Assembly (NCBI GenBank): GCA_031295725.1
Contig: JAUMNV010000123.1
Location: 1 to 57,755, forward strand
Source of the DNA: Collinsella sp.
GTDB taxonomy: Bacteria; Actinomycetota; Coriobacteriia; Coriobacteriales; Coriobacteriaceae
DNA length: 57,755 nucleotides
Direction: 5' to 3'
Both the position numbers and the translations under genes were made by a program. Positions 1-10,294 of this stretch are shown here, piece by piece. The notes beneath the pieces were generated by a model. The model was not told the DNA's origin, made no database searches, and saw only the letters and a list, made by a program, of their open reading frames with translations. The number at the start of each line of letters is the position of its first letter. The stretch's first letter is position 1.

Positions 1-1191
1 CCAACGGGCGGTGTTGCGCTCGTCGAGGGCCTTGAGGGTAGCGGCGGGATCGGCAACCTTCTGCAGGAACATCATGGCAGCGATGGCGTACGGCTTGTAG
101 CTGGCCTCCTTGTACATGCCCACGCGGTGCATGTCGAAGACGTCGGCGTTAACCTCGCCGTGCTCGCAGGAGACACCGGAGATGTCGGCGGGCAGCGGGT
201 GCATAAAGATGGTGTCCTGGCCGTTGGCAGTCTTCTCCATGAGCTCGGTCGTGGAGCACCAGTCCTGATGGGTGGCGTTCTGGGCGAGCAGCTCCTTCTC
301 GAGCGCTGCGATGCCGGCGTCGTCGCCCTCGGCGTACAGGTTGGTACGCTTCTCCATGGCGGCAAACGGAGCCCAGCTCTTGGGGATCACGATGTCGGCG
401 CCCTCGAAGGCCTCGGCCATGGTGTTGACCTGCTTAAAGGTGGTGCCGGACTCGGCGGCATAGCCCTTGGCGCGCTCGACGACCTCGGGCATGAGGTCGT
501 AGCCCTCGGGGTGAGCCAGGGTGACGTCCATGCCAAAGCGGGGCAGCAGGCTGATCAGCGACTGCGGGCAGGACAGCGGCTTGCCGTAAGAGGGCGAATA
601 GGCCCAGGTGACGGCAACCTTCTTGCCCTTGAGGTTCTCGAGGCCACCAAACTCGTTGATGAGGTAGAGCATGTCGGCAGAGGACTGCGTGGGGTGGTCG
701 GAATCGGACTGCAGGGAGATGAGCGTGGGACGATGATCCAGAACGCCGTCCTCGTAGGCCTGCTGAACGGACTCGGAGACCTCGGCCATGTAGGCGTCTC
801 CCTTGCCGATGTACATGTCGTCGCGGATGCCGATGACGTCGGCCATGAAGGAAATCATGGTAGCGGTCTCGCGGACGGTCTCGCCGTGAGCGATCTGGGA
901 CTTCTTCTCGTCCAGGTCCTGCAGCTCAAGGCCGAGCAGGTTGGCGGCCTTAGAGAAGGAGAAACGCGTACGGGTGGAGTTGTCGCGGAACAGAGAGACG
1001 GCCAGACCCGAGTCGAAGATCTTGGACGAGACGTTGTTCTCGCGCAGCTCGCGCAGGGCGTCGGCGACGATGTAGAGAGCCTTGAGCTCATCGGTGGTCT
1101 TGTCCCAGGTGTGCAGGAAGTCGCTGCCGTACATACCCTTAAAATCGAGGCCGTTCAGCTGCTCGACGAGCTCGGTAAACTTGGCGTCCAT
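1..1191 (-). CDS. ygeW: Knotted carbamoyltransferase YgeW (3' end runs off the window)
   Basis: Not in the ORF track because it is open at the edge. Manual translation from ATG 1191 gives MDAKFTELVEQL...FRDNSTRTRFSF...HPTQ...WAYSPSYGKPLSCPQ...HPLPADI, the ATC/OTC motifs. RBS AAAGGA upstream; follows ygeY. Confidence 0.92.
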   Translation of the reverse strand, partial: MDAKFTELVEQLNGLDFKGMYGSDFLHTWDKTTDELKALYIVADALRELRENNVSSKIFDSGLAVSLFRDNSTRTRFSFSKAANLLGLELQDLDEKKSQIAHGETVRETATMISFMADVIGIRDDMYIGKGDAYMAEVSESVQQAYEDGVLDHRPTLISLQSDSDHPTQSSADMLYLINEFGGLENLKGKKVAVTWAYSPSYGKPLSCPQSLISLLPRFGMDVTLAHPEGYDLMPEVVERAKGYAAESGTTFKQVNTMAEAFEGADIVIPKSWAPFAAMEKRTNLYAEGDDAGIAALEKELLAQNATHQDWCSTTELMEKTANGQDTIFMHPLPADISGVSCEHGEVNADVFDMHRVGMYKEASYKPYAIAAMMFLQKVADPAATLKALDERNTARW

Positions 1192-1392
1192 GTAAATGTC
1201 CTTTCTAAAGGTGAAACGATCGCAATGAGTAGATGTGCTCCGGCATGCGCGTGTGGCTAGAACATGCAGAGCGTTATGACGAGGACCCGCTACCGTTGAG
1301 GAAGCATGGGAGATAACGACCGCGGGCCCCAAGTCAATAGGAGGCGCCGGGGGCATAAACTGTCCCCGGCTCAACAAAATCGAGGAATGGGA

Positions 1393-2778
1393 CTAATCGA
1401 TCTTGTTGTTGGTCAGACCGGCGCGGAACACGGTGGCGTCGCCATCGGCCTGGCTCGGATCGTAGAGGTTCAGGGCAGCCACGTACATGGCGGCAGCGGT
1501 GACCAGGTCGTCCTTGTAGGTGACCTCGTTGGGAGCGTGAGCCTGAGACTCGGCACCCGGGCCAAAGCCCACGCAGGGGATGCCGTAGCGGCCCTGGATG
1601 GAAACGCAGTTCGTGGAGAAGGTCCACTTGTCGCACAGCGGGCGACCGGTGCGCTTGTCCATGCTGGGCTCGCAGCCGATGCGCTCGTCACCAAACATGG
1701 CCTTGTGGGCGTCGACGAGAGCCTTGACGTGCGGAGCGGTCTCCTTGTTGATCCACGTGGGGAAGTAAGCCTCGGTCTCGTAGACCTCGCCGGTCCAGGA
1801 CGGACGGTCGTACATGTACATGGAGACCTTCACGTCGTCGCCGTACTTCTTGGCGGCCGGCAGGTTGCGGATCTCGTCCAGGCAGGACTCCCAGGTCTCG
1901 CCGGCGGTCATGCGACGGTCGATGGAGATGGCGCAGGAATCGGCCACGGCGCAGCGGCTGGGGCTGGTGTAGAAGATCTGGCTGACGGTGCAGGTGCCGC
2001 GGCCCAGGAAGCGGGCATCCTCGAAGTGCTCGGGGTTGTACTTGGGGTCGAGCATCTTGACGAGGCCCTTGATGTCGGTCGACTCGTCGCAGCCGTTGTT
2101 GTTGAGGGCGCGGACGTCGGCGATGATGTCGGCCATCTTGTAGATGGCGTTGTCGCCGCGGTCGGGAGCGGAGCCGTGGCAGGAGGTGCCGTGAACGTCG
2201 ACGCGGATCTCCATGCGGCCGCGGTGACCGCGATAGATGCCGCCGTCGGTGGGCTCGGTGGAAATGACGAACTCGGGCTTAATGCCGTCCTTGTTGTAGA
2301 TGTACTGCCAGCACATGCCGTCGCAGTCCTCTTCCTGGACGGTGCCGACGACCATGATCTTATAGCCCTCGGGGATGAGGCTCATGTCCTTCATCATCTT
2401 GGCAGCGTAGGTAGCGGAAGCCATGCCGCCCTCCTGGTCAGAGCCGCCGCGGCCGTAGATGATCTCGTCGGTCTCGTAGCCCTCATAGGGATCGGCGTCC
2501 CAGTTCTCGATGTTGCCGATGCCGACGGTGTCGATGTGGGAGTCGATGGCGATGATCTTGTCGCCCTCGCCCATAAAGCCCATGACGTTGCCCAGGCCGT
2601 CGACCTTGACCTCGTCATAGCCAAGGCTCTCCATCTCGGCCTTGATGCAGGCAACAACCTCACCCTCCTCGCAGGACTCAGAGGGGTGGGAGATCATAGC
2701 GCGCAGGAAGCGAGTCATATCAGCACGATGAGACTCAGCAGCAGCCTTGATAGCGTCGAAATCGAGTTCTTTAGCCAT
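1393..2778 (-). CDS. ygeY: YgeY-family M20 hydrolase (purine catabolism)
   Basis: M20 metal motifs [22 protein letters not shown] and AHAPNE; lies between dpaL and ygeW. Confidence 0.9.
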   Translation of the reverse strand: MAKELDFDAIKAAAESHRADMTRFLRAMISHPSESCEEGEVVACIKAEMESLGYDEVKVDGLGNVMGFMGEGDKIIAIDSHIDTVGIGNIENWDADPYEGYETDEIIYGRGGSDQEGGMASATYAAKMMKDMSLIPEGYKIMVVGTVQEEDCDGMCWQYIYNKDGIKPEFVISTEPTDGGIYRGHRGRMEIRVDVHGTSCHGSAPDRGDNAIYKMADIIADVRALNNNGCDESTDIKGLVKMLDPKYNPEHFEDARFLGRGTCTVSQIFYTSPSRCAVADSCAISIDRRMTAGETWESCLDEIRNLPAAKKYGDDVKVSMYMYDRPSWTGEVYETEAYFPTWINKETAPHVKALVDAHKAMFGDERIGCEPSMDKRTGRPLCDKWTFSTNCVSIQGRYGIPCVGFGPGAESQAHAPNEVTYKDDLVTAAAMYVAALNLYDPSQADGDATVFRAGLTNNKID

Positions 2779-2852
2779 TGTTCATAACCTTTCAAACGAA
2801 GGAATCTACCTGTGAGGTGGCGGAGCGATACCTATTTACTCCGCCCCAACGA

Positions 2853-4067
2853 TTAGCAAGTGGGATATTCGCCTTCCCAAACAATGCGGCGATACTGGTC
2901 GGGATCCGTATCGCCCTCGGTGGAGAAGCAGAGCACGGAGCTCGTCTTGTCCAGGCCGATGAGCTCCTTGAGCTCGGCGTACTCGGGATCGAGCATGAGG
3001 GTCTCGACCAGGCCGGTGGTCACAGCGCCGGACTCGCCGGAAATGACGCGCGGGTCGCCCTTCTCGGGAGCGCCCAGGGTGCGCATGCCGCGAGCGGTGA
3101 CCCAGTCGGGGCAGGACACGAAGGCGGTGGCGTGGTTGCGCAGGATATCCCAGCCCAGAATGTTGGGCTCGCCGCAGCACAGACCGGCCATGATGGAAGG
3201 CATGTCGCCGTCCACGATGCGCGGGTCGCCGTCGCCGGCGGCAGCGCCCTTGTACAGACAGGCGGCAGGCGCGCACTCGACCACGACAAAGGTGGGCGGG
3301 TTATCGGGATACAGGTTGGTAAAGTAGCCCACCACGGCGCCGGCGAGCGAGCCTACGCCAGCCTGGACAAACACGTGCGTCGGGCGGTTGATGGCCATCT
3401 CGCGCAGCTGCTCGGCAGCCTCGGAAGCCATGGTGCCGTAACCCTCCATGATCCAGGACGGAATCTTCTCGTAGCCCTCCCAGGCGGTGTCCTGAACGAT
3501 GACGCCGCGCTCGCAGGCGTCGGCCTCGGCGGCGGCCATGCGCACGCACTCGTCGTAGTTGACCTCTTCGATGGTCACCGTGGCGCCCTCGGCGGCGATG
3601 TTATCAAAGCGGGGCTTGGTGGAACCCTTGGGCATGTGCACGACAGCCTTCTGGCCCAGCTTGTTGGCAGCCCATGCCACGCCGCGGCCATGGTTGCCGT
3701 CGGTGGCGGTAAAGAAGGTGGCCTGGCCAAAGTCCTTGGCAAGCTGATCGGAGGTCAGGTAATCGAAGGTGCACTCGGCAACATCCTTGCCGGTCTCGTC
3801 GGCAATGTAGTTGGCCATGGCAAACGATCCGCCCAGAACCTTAAAGGCGTTGAGGCCAAAGCGATAGCTCTCGTCCTTAACGCACAGGTTGGACAGTCCC
3901 AAGCGCGCAGCCTGACCGTCCAGGCGGGCAAGCGGGGTGACGGTATATTGAGGGAACGACTGGTGGAAGGCGCGGGCCTTCTTCACGTGGTCGAGGCTCA
4001 TGATTCCCAAGTGCTTGTCATCGCTCTTGGGCATCGTGTTGCCCGCCCACTGGATCTTATCGGCCAT
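2853..4067 (-). CDS. dpaL: Diaminopropionate ammonia-lyase (PLP)
   Basis: KDESYRFGLNAFKVLGG, TATDGNHGRG, QDTAWEGY and STEGDTDP motifs (YgeX family). Confidence 0.93.
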   Translation of the reverse strand: MADKIQWAGNTMPKSDDKHLGIMSLDHVKKARAFHQSFPQYTVTPLARLDGQAARLGLSNLCVKDESYRFGLNAFKVLGGSFAMANYIADETGKDVAECTFDYLTSDQLAKDFGQATFFTATDGNHGRGVAWAANKLGQKAVVHMPKGSTKPRFDNIAAEGATVTIEEVNYDECVRMAAAEADACERGVIVQDTAWEGYEKIPSWIMEGYGTMASEAAEQLREMAINRPTHVFVQAGVGSLAGAVVGYFTNLYPDNPPTFVVVECAPAACLYKGAAAGDGDPRIVDGDMPSIMAGLCCGEPNILGWDILRNHATAFVSCPDWVTARGMRTLGAPEKGDPRVISGESGAVTTGLVETLMLDPEYAELKELIGLDKTSSVLCFSTEGDTDPDQYRRIVWEGEYPTC

Positions 4068-4344
4068 ACGGTGAACTCCTTAAGTCCTCTCTTGCCGGCC
4101 CCCGCATACGCGTTTCAGCCCGATCCCATTCACACGGCTGAACTTTTATGTGGATGCCAAACAAAAAGTTTGTTAGTAATGTTCTATCACACTTTTTGAT
4201 TGGCATACCTAACGAATTGTTTGTTGCCGTAATCGGTACTATTTCGCCGCCGAACGGTCATGAATTGCCTAGTTGATGGATTTGTTTGCGGTCATGTATG
4301 GTTTATGGCACAGTGAGCCCAAACTAATTTTTAGGAAGGTACCC

Positions 4345-4998
4345 ATGACCCCCGCACAGATTGAGTTTTACAAGCGCCTCGCACACGGTCTGGCGCTCCA
4401 ATTTGGCCCCAACTGCGAAGTCGTCGTCCACGACCTGGAGACCGAGGACGTGGACCACTCCATCGTAGTGATCGAAAACGGCCACGTCAGCGGGCGCAAA
4501 CTGGGTGACGGCCCCAGCCATATCGTGTTTGAGTCCATGCACGAGGGCGCCACCGATGTACACGACCGCGAACCGTACCTCACTAAAACCACCGACGGTA
4601 AGCTGCTCAAATCGTCGACGATCTTTATCCGCAACGACGAGGGCAAGCCCGTCGGCATTCTGGGCATCAACTTTGACATTACGCTCATGAAGGCTTTTGA
4701 GCGCTCGCTCGATGCCTTTACCGGCACCGGCGGCACGGGCTATACCGAGCCCGAGCCCATTACCAAGAACATCGGCGACCTGCTCGAGGACCTGCTGCAC
4801 GAGTGCGAGCAGTTTGTGGGCAAGCCCGCGGCGCTCATGACCAAAGACGAGCGCATTCGTGCCATTGGCTACCTCGACCGTCGCGGCGCCTTCCTCATTT
4901 CCAAGTCGAGCGAGCGCGCCTGCGAGTTCTTTGGCATCTCCAAGTACAGCTTCTATAGCTACCTCAATGAGGCCAAGGCGGCAGCCGGCGACAAGTAG
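4345..4998 (+). CDS. YheO-like PAS + HTH transcriptional regulator
   Basis: FGPNCEVVVHDL...IENGHVSGRKLG PAS domain and C-terminal HTH. ATG 4345 follows AGGAAGG; divergent from dpaL. Confidence 0.88.
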   Translation: MTPAQIEFYKRLAHGLALQFGPNCEVVVHDLETEDVDHSIVVIENGHVSGRKLGDGPSHIVFESMHEGATDVHDREPYLTKTTDGKLLKSSTIFIRNDEGKPVGILGINFDITLMKAFERSLDAFTGTGGTGYTEPEPITKNIGDLLEDLLHECEQFVGKPAALMTKDERIRAIGYLDRRGAFLISKSSERACEFFGISKYSFYSYLNEAKAAAGDK

Positions 4999-5190
4999 GC
5001 ACTCGCCTGGATTGCCCCTCCCCTTTTGGGCGCGAGTTCTGGAAAGCACGAATCCAAGACCGAGCAGCTTGGGAAGTTCCATATAATCGATGTCATTAGT
5101 ATTTCGAAAGGATGGAACAGAATGGCGTTGAGCAAGGCATCATGCACCGGTCGCGGATTGATTCCGGCAATTGGTGGACATGTGCACCGC

Positions 5191-6108
5191 ATGTTCGATG
5201 AGAGTGAAGACGACTTGTTTTCGCTGAGCCTTGACGACGTGATGGATGATCGCCCGTGGACCGCCGACGAACTCATGGGCGGCGGCGCTCGCCCGTCAAG
5301 CCCCAATCCCGCACTTGCGCCTAAGACCGCATCTGCGCCGACTCCTGCGCAGTCGCCTGTTTCGACGCCCGCGCCTACGCCCGCACCCACTTCGGCGCCC
5401 ACACCCGCTCCCCGCCCCGCAAGCGACCCGTCCGAGACGGCGGCATTTCTCGCTGCAGCGACGCAGGGCAAATCGGCCGACAGCACCGTTGTGTACAGCG
5501 CCCAGCAGTTGCCTGTTCCTGCGGCACGCAAGCCTCCGGTCGCAAGGCTCGATGAGCCCGTTGCCCATCAGGTTGCCTACGATTCCTGGGCTGCAGCCGA
5601 TCTGGATGAGACCTCTACCGGCATGCCGGCGCTCGATGTTCCAGTTAACCCGCTTTTTGCCGCCAACACGGGCGCTGCGGACCATGAGGGCGGTGCGGCA
5701 TATTCCGATTATTCCGATGGCTATGCTGGCAACGGTCGCATCGAGACCGAGGATTATGGCACCGCATCGAGCGATTATCTCAACGATCCGTACGCTGCCA
5801 CGCCCGCACCGGAATATGACCCGGAGGCCGCGTCCGCGCCGGCGTATACCAAAAGTACGGGCGAAGAGCGCTTCGCCGATTATTACGCCGAGGAAAAGGC
5901 GCTGCGTTTCTCGGAATTTCCGCAGGCAGTCAAGGTTGCCTTTATCGCCATTATCATTGCCCTGCTCGGTGTCATTGCGTTTGAGGGATTCCAGCTGTTC
6001 CGCGGCCCCACCCAAGCGGAGTCGGAGACCCAGCAAAAAGAGAACGATAACCAGTACCTGGACATCAACACCCTCAAGGGCGACCCCAACGACGAGGACG
6101 ACGAGTAG
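5191..6108 (+). CDS. Hypothetical Pro/Ala-rich acidic protein with a single C-terminal TM helix
   Basis: PAPT repeats and hydrophobic VAFIAIIIALLGVIAF segment; start uncertain. Confidence 0.65.
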   Translation: MFDESEDDLFSLSLDDVMDDRPWTADELMGGGARPSSPNPALAPKTASAPTPAQSPVSTPAPTPAPTSAPTPAPRPASDPSETAAFLAAATQGKSADSTVVYSAQQLPVPAARKPPVARLDEPVAHQVAYDSWAAADLDETSTGMPALDVPVNPLFAANTGAADHEGGAAYSDYSDGYAGNGRIETEDYGTASSDYLNDPYAATPAPEYDPEAASAPAYTKSTGEERFADYYAEEKALRFSEFPQAVKVAFIAIIIALLGVIAFEGFQLFRGPTQAESETQQKENDNQYLDINTLKGDPNDEDDE

Positions 6109-6178
6109 CGAGAGCTGAAGGCAGTCGCAGGATCCCGCATCCAGCACCAGCTTCTAAGTGCTGTTTTGTCATCCAGCT

Positions 6179-6255
6179 ACACTTTTCCGAAGTTTTAAGG
6201 TGCCTATTTCGACACTTTTCCGTACTTTTACACGGCTGATTTCGACACTTTTCCG
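6179..6255 (+). repeat. Three direct repeats of ACACTTTTCCG at a 33-bp period
   Basis: Copies start at 6179, 6212 and 6245; copies 2 and 3 share ATTTCGACACTTTTCCG. Confidence 0.85.
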
Positions 6256-6327
6256 AATGAAAGCCGAATAATCACTTGGGAAACCAACGCCATCCGCGCG
6301 TCATTTCGCGGATGGCGCTTGATTTCT

Positions 6328-6357
6328 GTCCGTACACGTTGAGTCCGTACACGTTGA
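6328..6357 (+). repeat. 15-bp tandem duplication GTCCGTACACGTTGA x2
   Basis: Exact copies at 6328-6342 and 6343-6357. Confidence 0.9.
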
Positions 6358-6488
6358 TAGACTTCCTCTTGCCCGCAAGGAGCGGGCACGTTTTATCCAG
6401 AGTCGGGGTAGAGAGTTGGCTCCACGATCCCGACGCCAACCGGCCAAAAGGCACGGTGGCCCTGCCAACATCGATGAAAGGAGTCCGT

Positions 6489-6911
6489 ATGGACAATTTC
6501 TCTGTGCGCAGCGAGCGCAACTTCCACAACCTGGCAGCCAAGCCAAAACGAATGCATCTTCTGGACAAGCAGAACGGCTACGCCTCGGCCATGGTCAAGA
6601 GCAGCCTCTCCCACCAGATGCGCTTCACGGTGCAAAAGCTCGAGAAAGAGTTCTGCGTTGCCGGCGACCCGCATGTGTTGCAGATCAAACTGTCCGGAGA
6701 CGATTCGCGTGAGCCGTCTAGCTGGGAGCGGTTTGCCGATGGCGCGTGCGTTGCGGGCGGGTCGGGCATCTTTGCCCGCGAGTGCTTCTGCGAGGGCGCC
6801 GAGGTATTCCTGGATCTGTGCCGCGACGCCGTACGCGCGGCCGAGCTGCACCAGTGGAGTCAGAGGGAGTACGAGCTGTTGAGCGTCGCGCGTGGGGTTG
6901 CGGGGATGTAG
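6489..6911 (+). CDS. Hypothetical protein (140 aa)
   Basis: Strong RBS GAAAGGAG before ATG 6489 (MDNFSVRSERNFHNL...); no family recognised. Confidence 0.7.
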   Translation: MDNFSVRSERNFHNLAAKPKRMHLLDKQNGYASAMVKSSLSHQMRFTVQKLEKEFCVAGDPHVLQIKLSGDDSREPSSWERFADGACVAGGSGIFARECFCEGAEVFLDLCRDAVRAAELHQWSQREYELLSVARGVAGM

Positions 6912-7150
6912 GCAGACGCAGGCGGCGTGCAGCCGTTGCACGCCGCCGCTCAGGCCACGCGATGTCAAAAGACTGACACTTGTGTATGCCTTTTGACAGT
7001 CCGAAAGCGCTAGCGAAGTTCATTGATGCCGCGGCTAGATGCGCAGCAGTAAAGAGATGCTGAATACAAATCGCACCCATCTCCAATGGATCCAACACGT
7101 CAAAATAAGCACAGATACCCGAGCGCTTATGCTACATGGAAGCACAGAGA

Positions 7151-7189
7151 GGCCCGCGTTCCGAACCACCACAGCTCGGAACGCGGGCC
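7151..7189. terminator. 14-bp hairpin downstream of the putative endonuclease
   Basis: GGCCCGCGTTCCGA...TCGGAACGCGGGCC, 8 nt beyond the stop at 7197. Confidence 0.6.
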
Positions 7190-7196
7190 CCAGCAA

Positions 7197-8846
7197 CTAA
7201 TTCTTTTCGGATAATCCCAATCCAGTAATCTCCTGATAGCGCCGCTTCAACGTATACGCATCGGGAAGCCTAGAGATCCTCTGATGAATCAACTCATTAA
7301 AATCCGCCAGATTTCCGATTACGACATCGATGCCGCCAGCAGCGTTGAGCAAATCGACGTACGTCATAAAGCGAAACTCGAACGGAATGCCCTCGATTTC
7401 CTTTGTGCATCCATCATGAAAGTCAATCAGTCTCGAAACGTCATGGGCAACGTACGTGACTCTAACGGTCATGTCGTAGGGTTCGTTGCGCAACTTCGCC
7501 TCGTGCTCGTGGTAGCGCACAGTTTCATGCAGGGAGTTAATGTGCGCCTGAATGTACTCATCCCGCAGACCGCCACCGTGTGCCTCATAGGCCTCGATAT
7601 GTGCACGATTTGAAAGGTCCAAGTATTCAACATCGCCATATTTGCGCCCCGAAGCGTTCGTCTCGTTCACGGAAGAGCCGAGACCCCTTGCGAACCAGCC
7701 CTCTTCCGGATGAATGCAGCGGGTAAGGAAATCTACCAGCCTCTGATCGAGAACGCCCTTGGTTAAACTGTTTGAGATCCCCACGCGCTTGACAAAAGCC
7801 TTGATGGAATCGACGCCGATCGGCTCCAAAGGCGTCTTCGTTTGACGAGAATCGGCAATGAGAATCAAATAACAACGAATAATGTGAGCAACGCGTCTTC
7901 TCGTCGTGTAGGGCAACTCTGCCAGAATGCTAAAGACATCGGCAAGCAGAATCGAGCCGTTCCCAGTCTGCCGGGAGAGTTTCGTTTCGGCCCATGCTTC
8001 GTCAAGTGAATAGACGGACTTGGCGTTGTTGAGGTATGGATTCTCCTGAGTGGGATGATACATGGAGTTCCAAAGCGCCTTTACATTGCTCGAACGGGGT
8101 GTGCATTCGTAAATCGCCCTGCCGGGGAATCTGTCAACCATCTCAAGCGTAAGCAACTCAAAGTAGAGCATAAACTGGTACGGCTCAAAAGGAATGAGGC
8201 CCAAGTCGATAACATCGTCGGCAAGCGTATCGCATCTCGAGAACGATCCGAGAAGGCCTCGGAAAGTTTCTCCAGCGACGTCAGGTTCGATATCACCAAA
8301 CAGGGCGGCGACGTCTGAAACGTCAGTTTCATGTATTCCGGCTATCCTCTCAGAGCCGAAGGGCGGGTCAATACCGATAGAACTGATTACAGCATTGATG
8401 GCGTCGAAAGTTGCGGCAGGAACGTTAAGAATGCCTCTAATCCTATCGAGACCGAGGTGTTGCTCCACGACAAGGGTACGAATGAGCGGAGCACAGCCAA
8501 TCAAAGCGATTGCATGACTCCTTGCCATGAACTGCTTCTCCTCGAGTTTTTCTTCGAGCTTGAAGTAGCCGTTCGCGAGCTCTTCCATTCCATGGTCGAC
8601 GCCAACCGCGGCGCTAATGACGTCCTTCAATTCCTTTGAGGGACTATCGTAGTTCTCAAGCCAAAAGCTCCACATCTCGCCGAAGCGATCGGAGATCTCT
8701 TCGGCGGGAATCCTGGATTCCTCAGGGCCGTTCTCGTAATAGTCCGCAACCTGAATCGCGGCGCTTTCCATCGAGTTCGGATCTATAGGCAGGGACGCCG
8801 CCAGAAGCGCTTCGCATATTTCAGAAATGTTTGCACTGCTACTCAT
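7197..8846 (-). CDS. Putative type II restriction endonuclease (549 aa)
   Basis: Translationally coupled to an XRE C-protein and next to a C5 methyltransferase; C-terminal KYGDVEYLD...IEAYEAH resembles a PD-(D/E)xK-type site. Confidence 0.6.
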   Translation of the reverse strand: MSSSANISEICEALLAASLPIDPNSMESAAIQVADYYENGPEESRIPAEEISDRFGEMWSFWLENYDSPSKELKDVISAAVGVDHGMEELANGYFKLEEKLEEKQFMARSHAIALIGCAPLIRTLVVEQHLGLDRIRGILNVPAATFDAINAVISSIGIDPPFGSERIAGIHETDVSDVAALFGDIEPDVAGETFRGLLGSFSRCDTLADDVIDLGLIPFEPYQFMLYFELLTLEMVDRFPGRAIYECTPRSSNVKALWNSMYHPTQENPYLNNAKSVYSLDEAWAETKLSRQTGNGSILLADVFSILAELPYTTRRRVAHIIRCYLILIADSRQTKTPLEPIGVDSIKAFVKRVGISNSLTKGVLDQRLVDFLTRCIHPEEGWFARGLGSSVNETNASGRKYGDVEYLDLSNRAHIEAYEAHGGGLRDEYIQAHINSLHETVRYHEHEAKLRNEPYDMTVRVTYVAHDVSRLIDFHDGCTKEIEGIPFEFRFMTYVDLLNAAGGIDVVIGNLADFNELIHQRISRLPDAYTLKRRYQEITGLGLSEKN

Positions 8847-9102
8847 TTACACGCTCCCATAAAGGTTGAGGCTCATAAGCGATAAGGCCATCAAGATCGT
8901 CGCTTACCGCACTGAAGGTTAATCCGCAGGCACAAAGCACTTGAGAAAGCTCAGAGACAGTTATGCGCTTGGAGCCGCTTTCCAGTTTCGAAATCGACGC
9001 TTGCTGGCATCCCGTTGCCTCAGCGAGCGCCGCCTGTGACATCCCGGAGCGTCTCCGCCATTTAGCGATAAGTCTCCCGAGAGAAAGATTGAAGTCTTCC
9101 AT
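8839..9102 (-). CDS. XRE-family HTH controller (C) protein
   Basis: LIAKWRRRSGMSQAALAEATGCQQASISKLESG HTH_3 pattern; overlaps the downstream gene start by 8 bp. Confidence 0.85.
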   Translation of the reverse strand: MEDFNLSLGRLIAKWRRRSGMSQAALAEATGCQQASISKLESGSKRITVSELSQVLCACGLTFSAVSDDLDGLIAYEPQPLWERVNE

Positions 9103-9152
9103 AAACGCCCCCTTCCGGCAGCAACCCATGCTTGTATATGATATCATCTCAT

Positions 9153-9179
9153 GAGCTCATTCCATATTGGAATGAGCTC
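9153..9179. promoter_or_regulatory. Perfect palindromic operator between the divergent C and M genes
   Basis: GAGCTCATTCCA-TAT-TGGAATGAGCTC. Confidence 0.7.
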
Positions 9180-9202
9180 TACTATTCAGGAGGATTGCTT
9201 TA

Positions 9203-10294
9203 ATGAAGCGTTTCGTCAGCCTTTATTCGGGAGCGGGCGGTCTCGACCTCGGCTTCATCGCCGCCGGGTTCACCCCCGTATTTGCGAACGATATCAACCC
9301 GGACGCCATGAAAACCTACGCTGCCGCGATGGACGCGATCTCGAAGAAGACCGGCAAAACACTGAGCCACAGGATAGTCACGGGAGATATTAGGGAAGTT
9401 GAGGAACTGCCCGGAAGGGGTTCGGCGGAGCTAGTCATTGGAGGACCGCCCTGTCAGGGCTTCTCGGTCGCGGGGAAGATGGACCCGAACGACCCCCGCT
9501 CGCGTCACGTCTTCGACTTCCTCGGCATGGTCGAGAGGGTCCAGCCCCAAGCGTTCGTGATGGAGAACGTCAAGGCACTCGCCAAGAACAAACGCTGGGC
9601 TGGAACTATTGCCGACATCCGCAAGAAGGCGGAAGAGATTGGCTACAAAACCAACCTTGAGGTGCTGAACAGTGCCAATTACGGCGTCCCGCAGACCAGA
9701 GAGCGCATGTTCCTTGTCGGGATCAAGGACCCCTGCATCGAGTACAACTACCCGCAGCCGACAGTCAAGGAATGGGTGGGTGTGGCCGACGCCCTGCGCG
9801 GGCTGCCTCCTCTCGGCGAGCCGGGCAATGATCAGACTTGCAAGGCGAAGGTAACTACGGCAAAAAGCCCCGTGCTCCGCCCGTCGCCGTTTGCAGGCAT
9901 GCTGTTCAACGGCCAAGGCCGCCCGATGGACATGGACAAGCCCGCGCCGACGCTTCCCGCCTCAATGGGCGGGAACAGAACGCCGATTGTCGATCAAGAG
10001 ACGCTCGAAACCGGAGCGACCCAATGGGTCGAGAAATACCACGAAGAGCTTCAGAAAGGCGGGAAAGTAGCCGATAGCGTTCCTCCTCGCCTTCGCCGCA
10101 TCTCGGTCCAGGAAGCCGCCACCATACAGACCTTCCCGAGGGATATGCCTTGGTATGGTTCGCAATGCTCCCGCTATCGGCAAATTGGAAACGCCGTTCC
10201 TCCCAAGATGGCCTTTGCGGTTGCGCAATCTGTCGCAGAAGCCCTTGGCATGGATATAGACGCAAACCCCTCTCTGCTTGACGAGCTAGGTTAG
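9203..10294 (+). CDS. DNA (cytosine-5) methyltransferase
   Basis: Motifs I (YSGAGG), IV (GGPPCQGFS), VI (MENV), VIII (PQTRER) and X (QIGNAVPP); RBS AGGAGG. Confidence 0.95.
   Translation: MKRFVSLYSGAGGLDLGFIAAGFTPVFANDINPDAMKTYAAAMDAISKKTGKTLSHRIVTGDIREVEELPGRGSAELVIGGPPCQGFSVAGKMDPNDPRSRHVFDFLGMVERVQPQAFVMENVKALAKNKRWAGTIADIRKKAEEIGYKTNLEVLNSANYGVPQTRERMFLVGIKDPCIEYNYPQPTVKEWVGVADALRGLPPLGEPGNDQTCKAKVTTAKSPVLRPSPFAGMLFNGQGRPMDMDKPAPTLPASMGGNRTPIVDQETLETGATQWVEKYHEELQKGGKVADSVPPRLRRISVQEAATIQTFPRDMPWYGSQCSRYRQIGNAVPPKMAFAVAQSVAEALGMDIDANPSLLDELG

Noticed and set aside
127..4199. Long + strand ORFs (127-1260, 1306-2787, 2778-4199)
   Set aside because: Antisense shadows of ygeW, ygeY and dpaL, typical of high-GC coding DNA.
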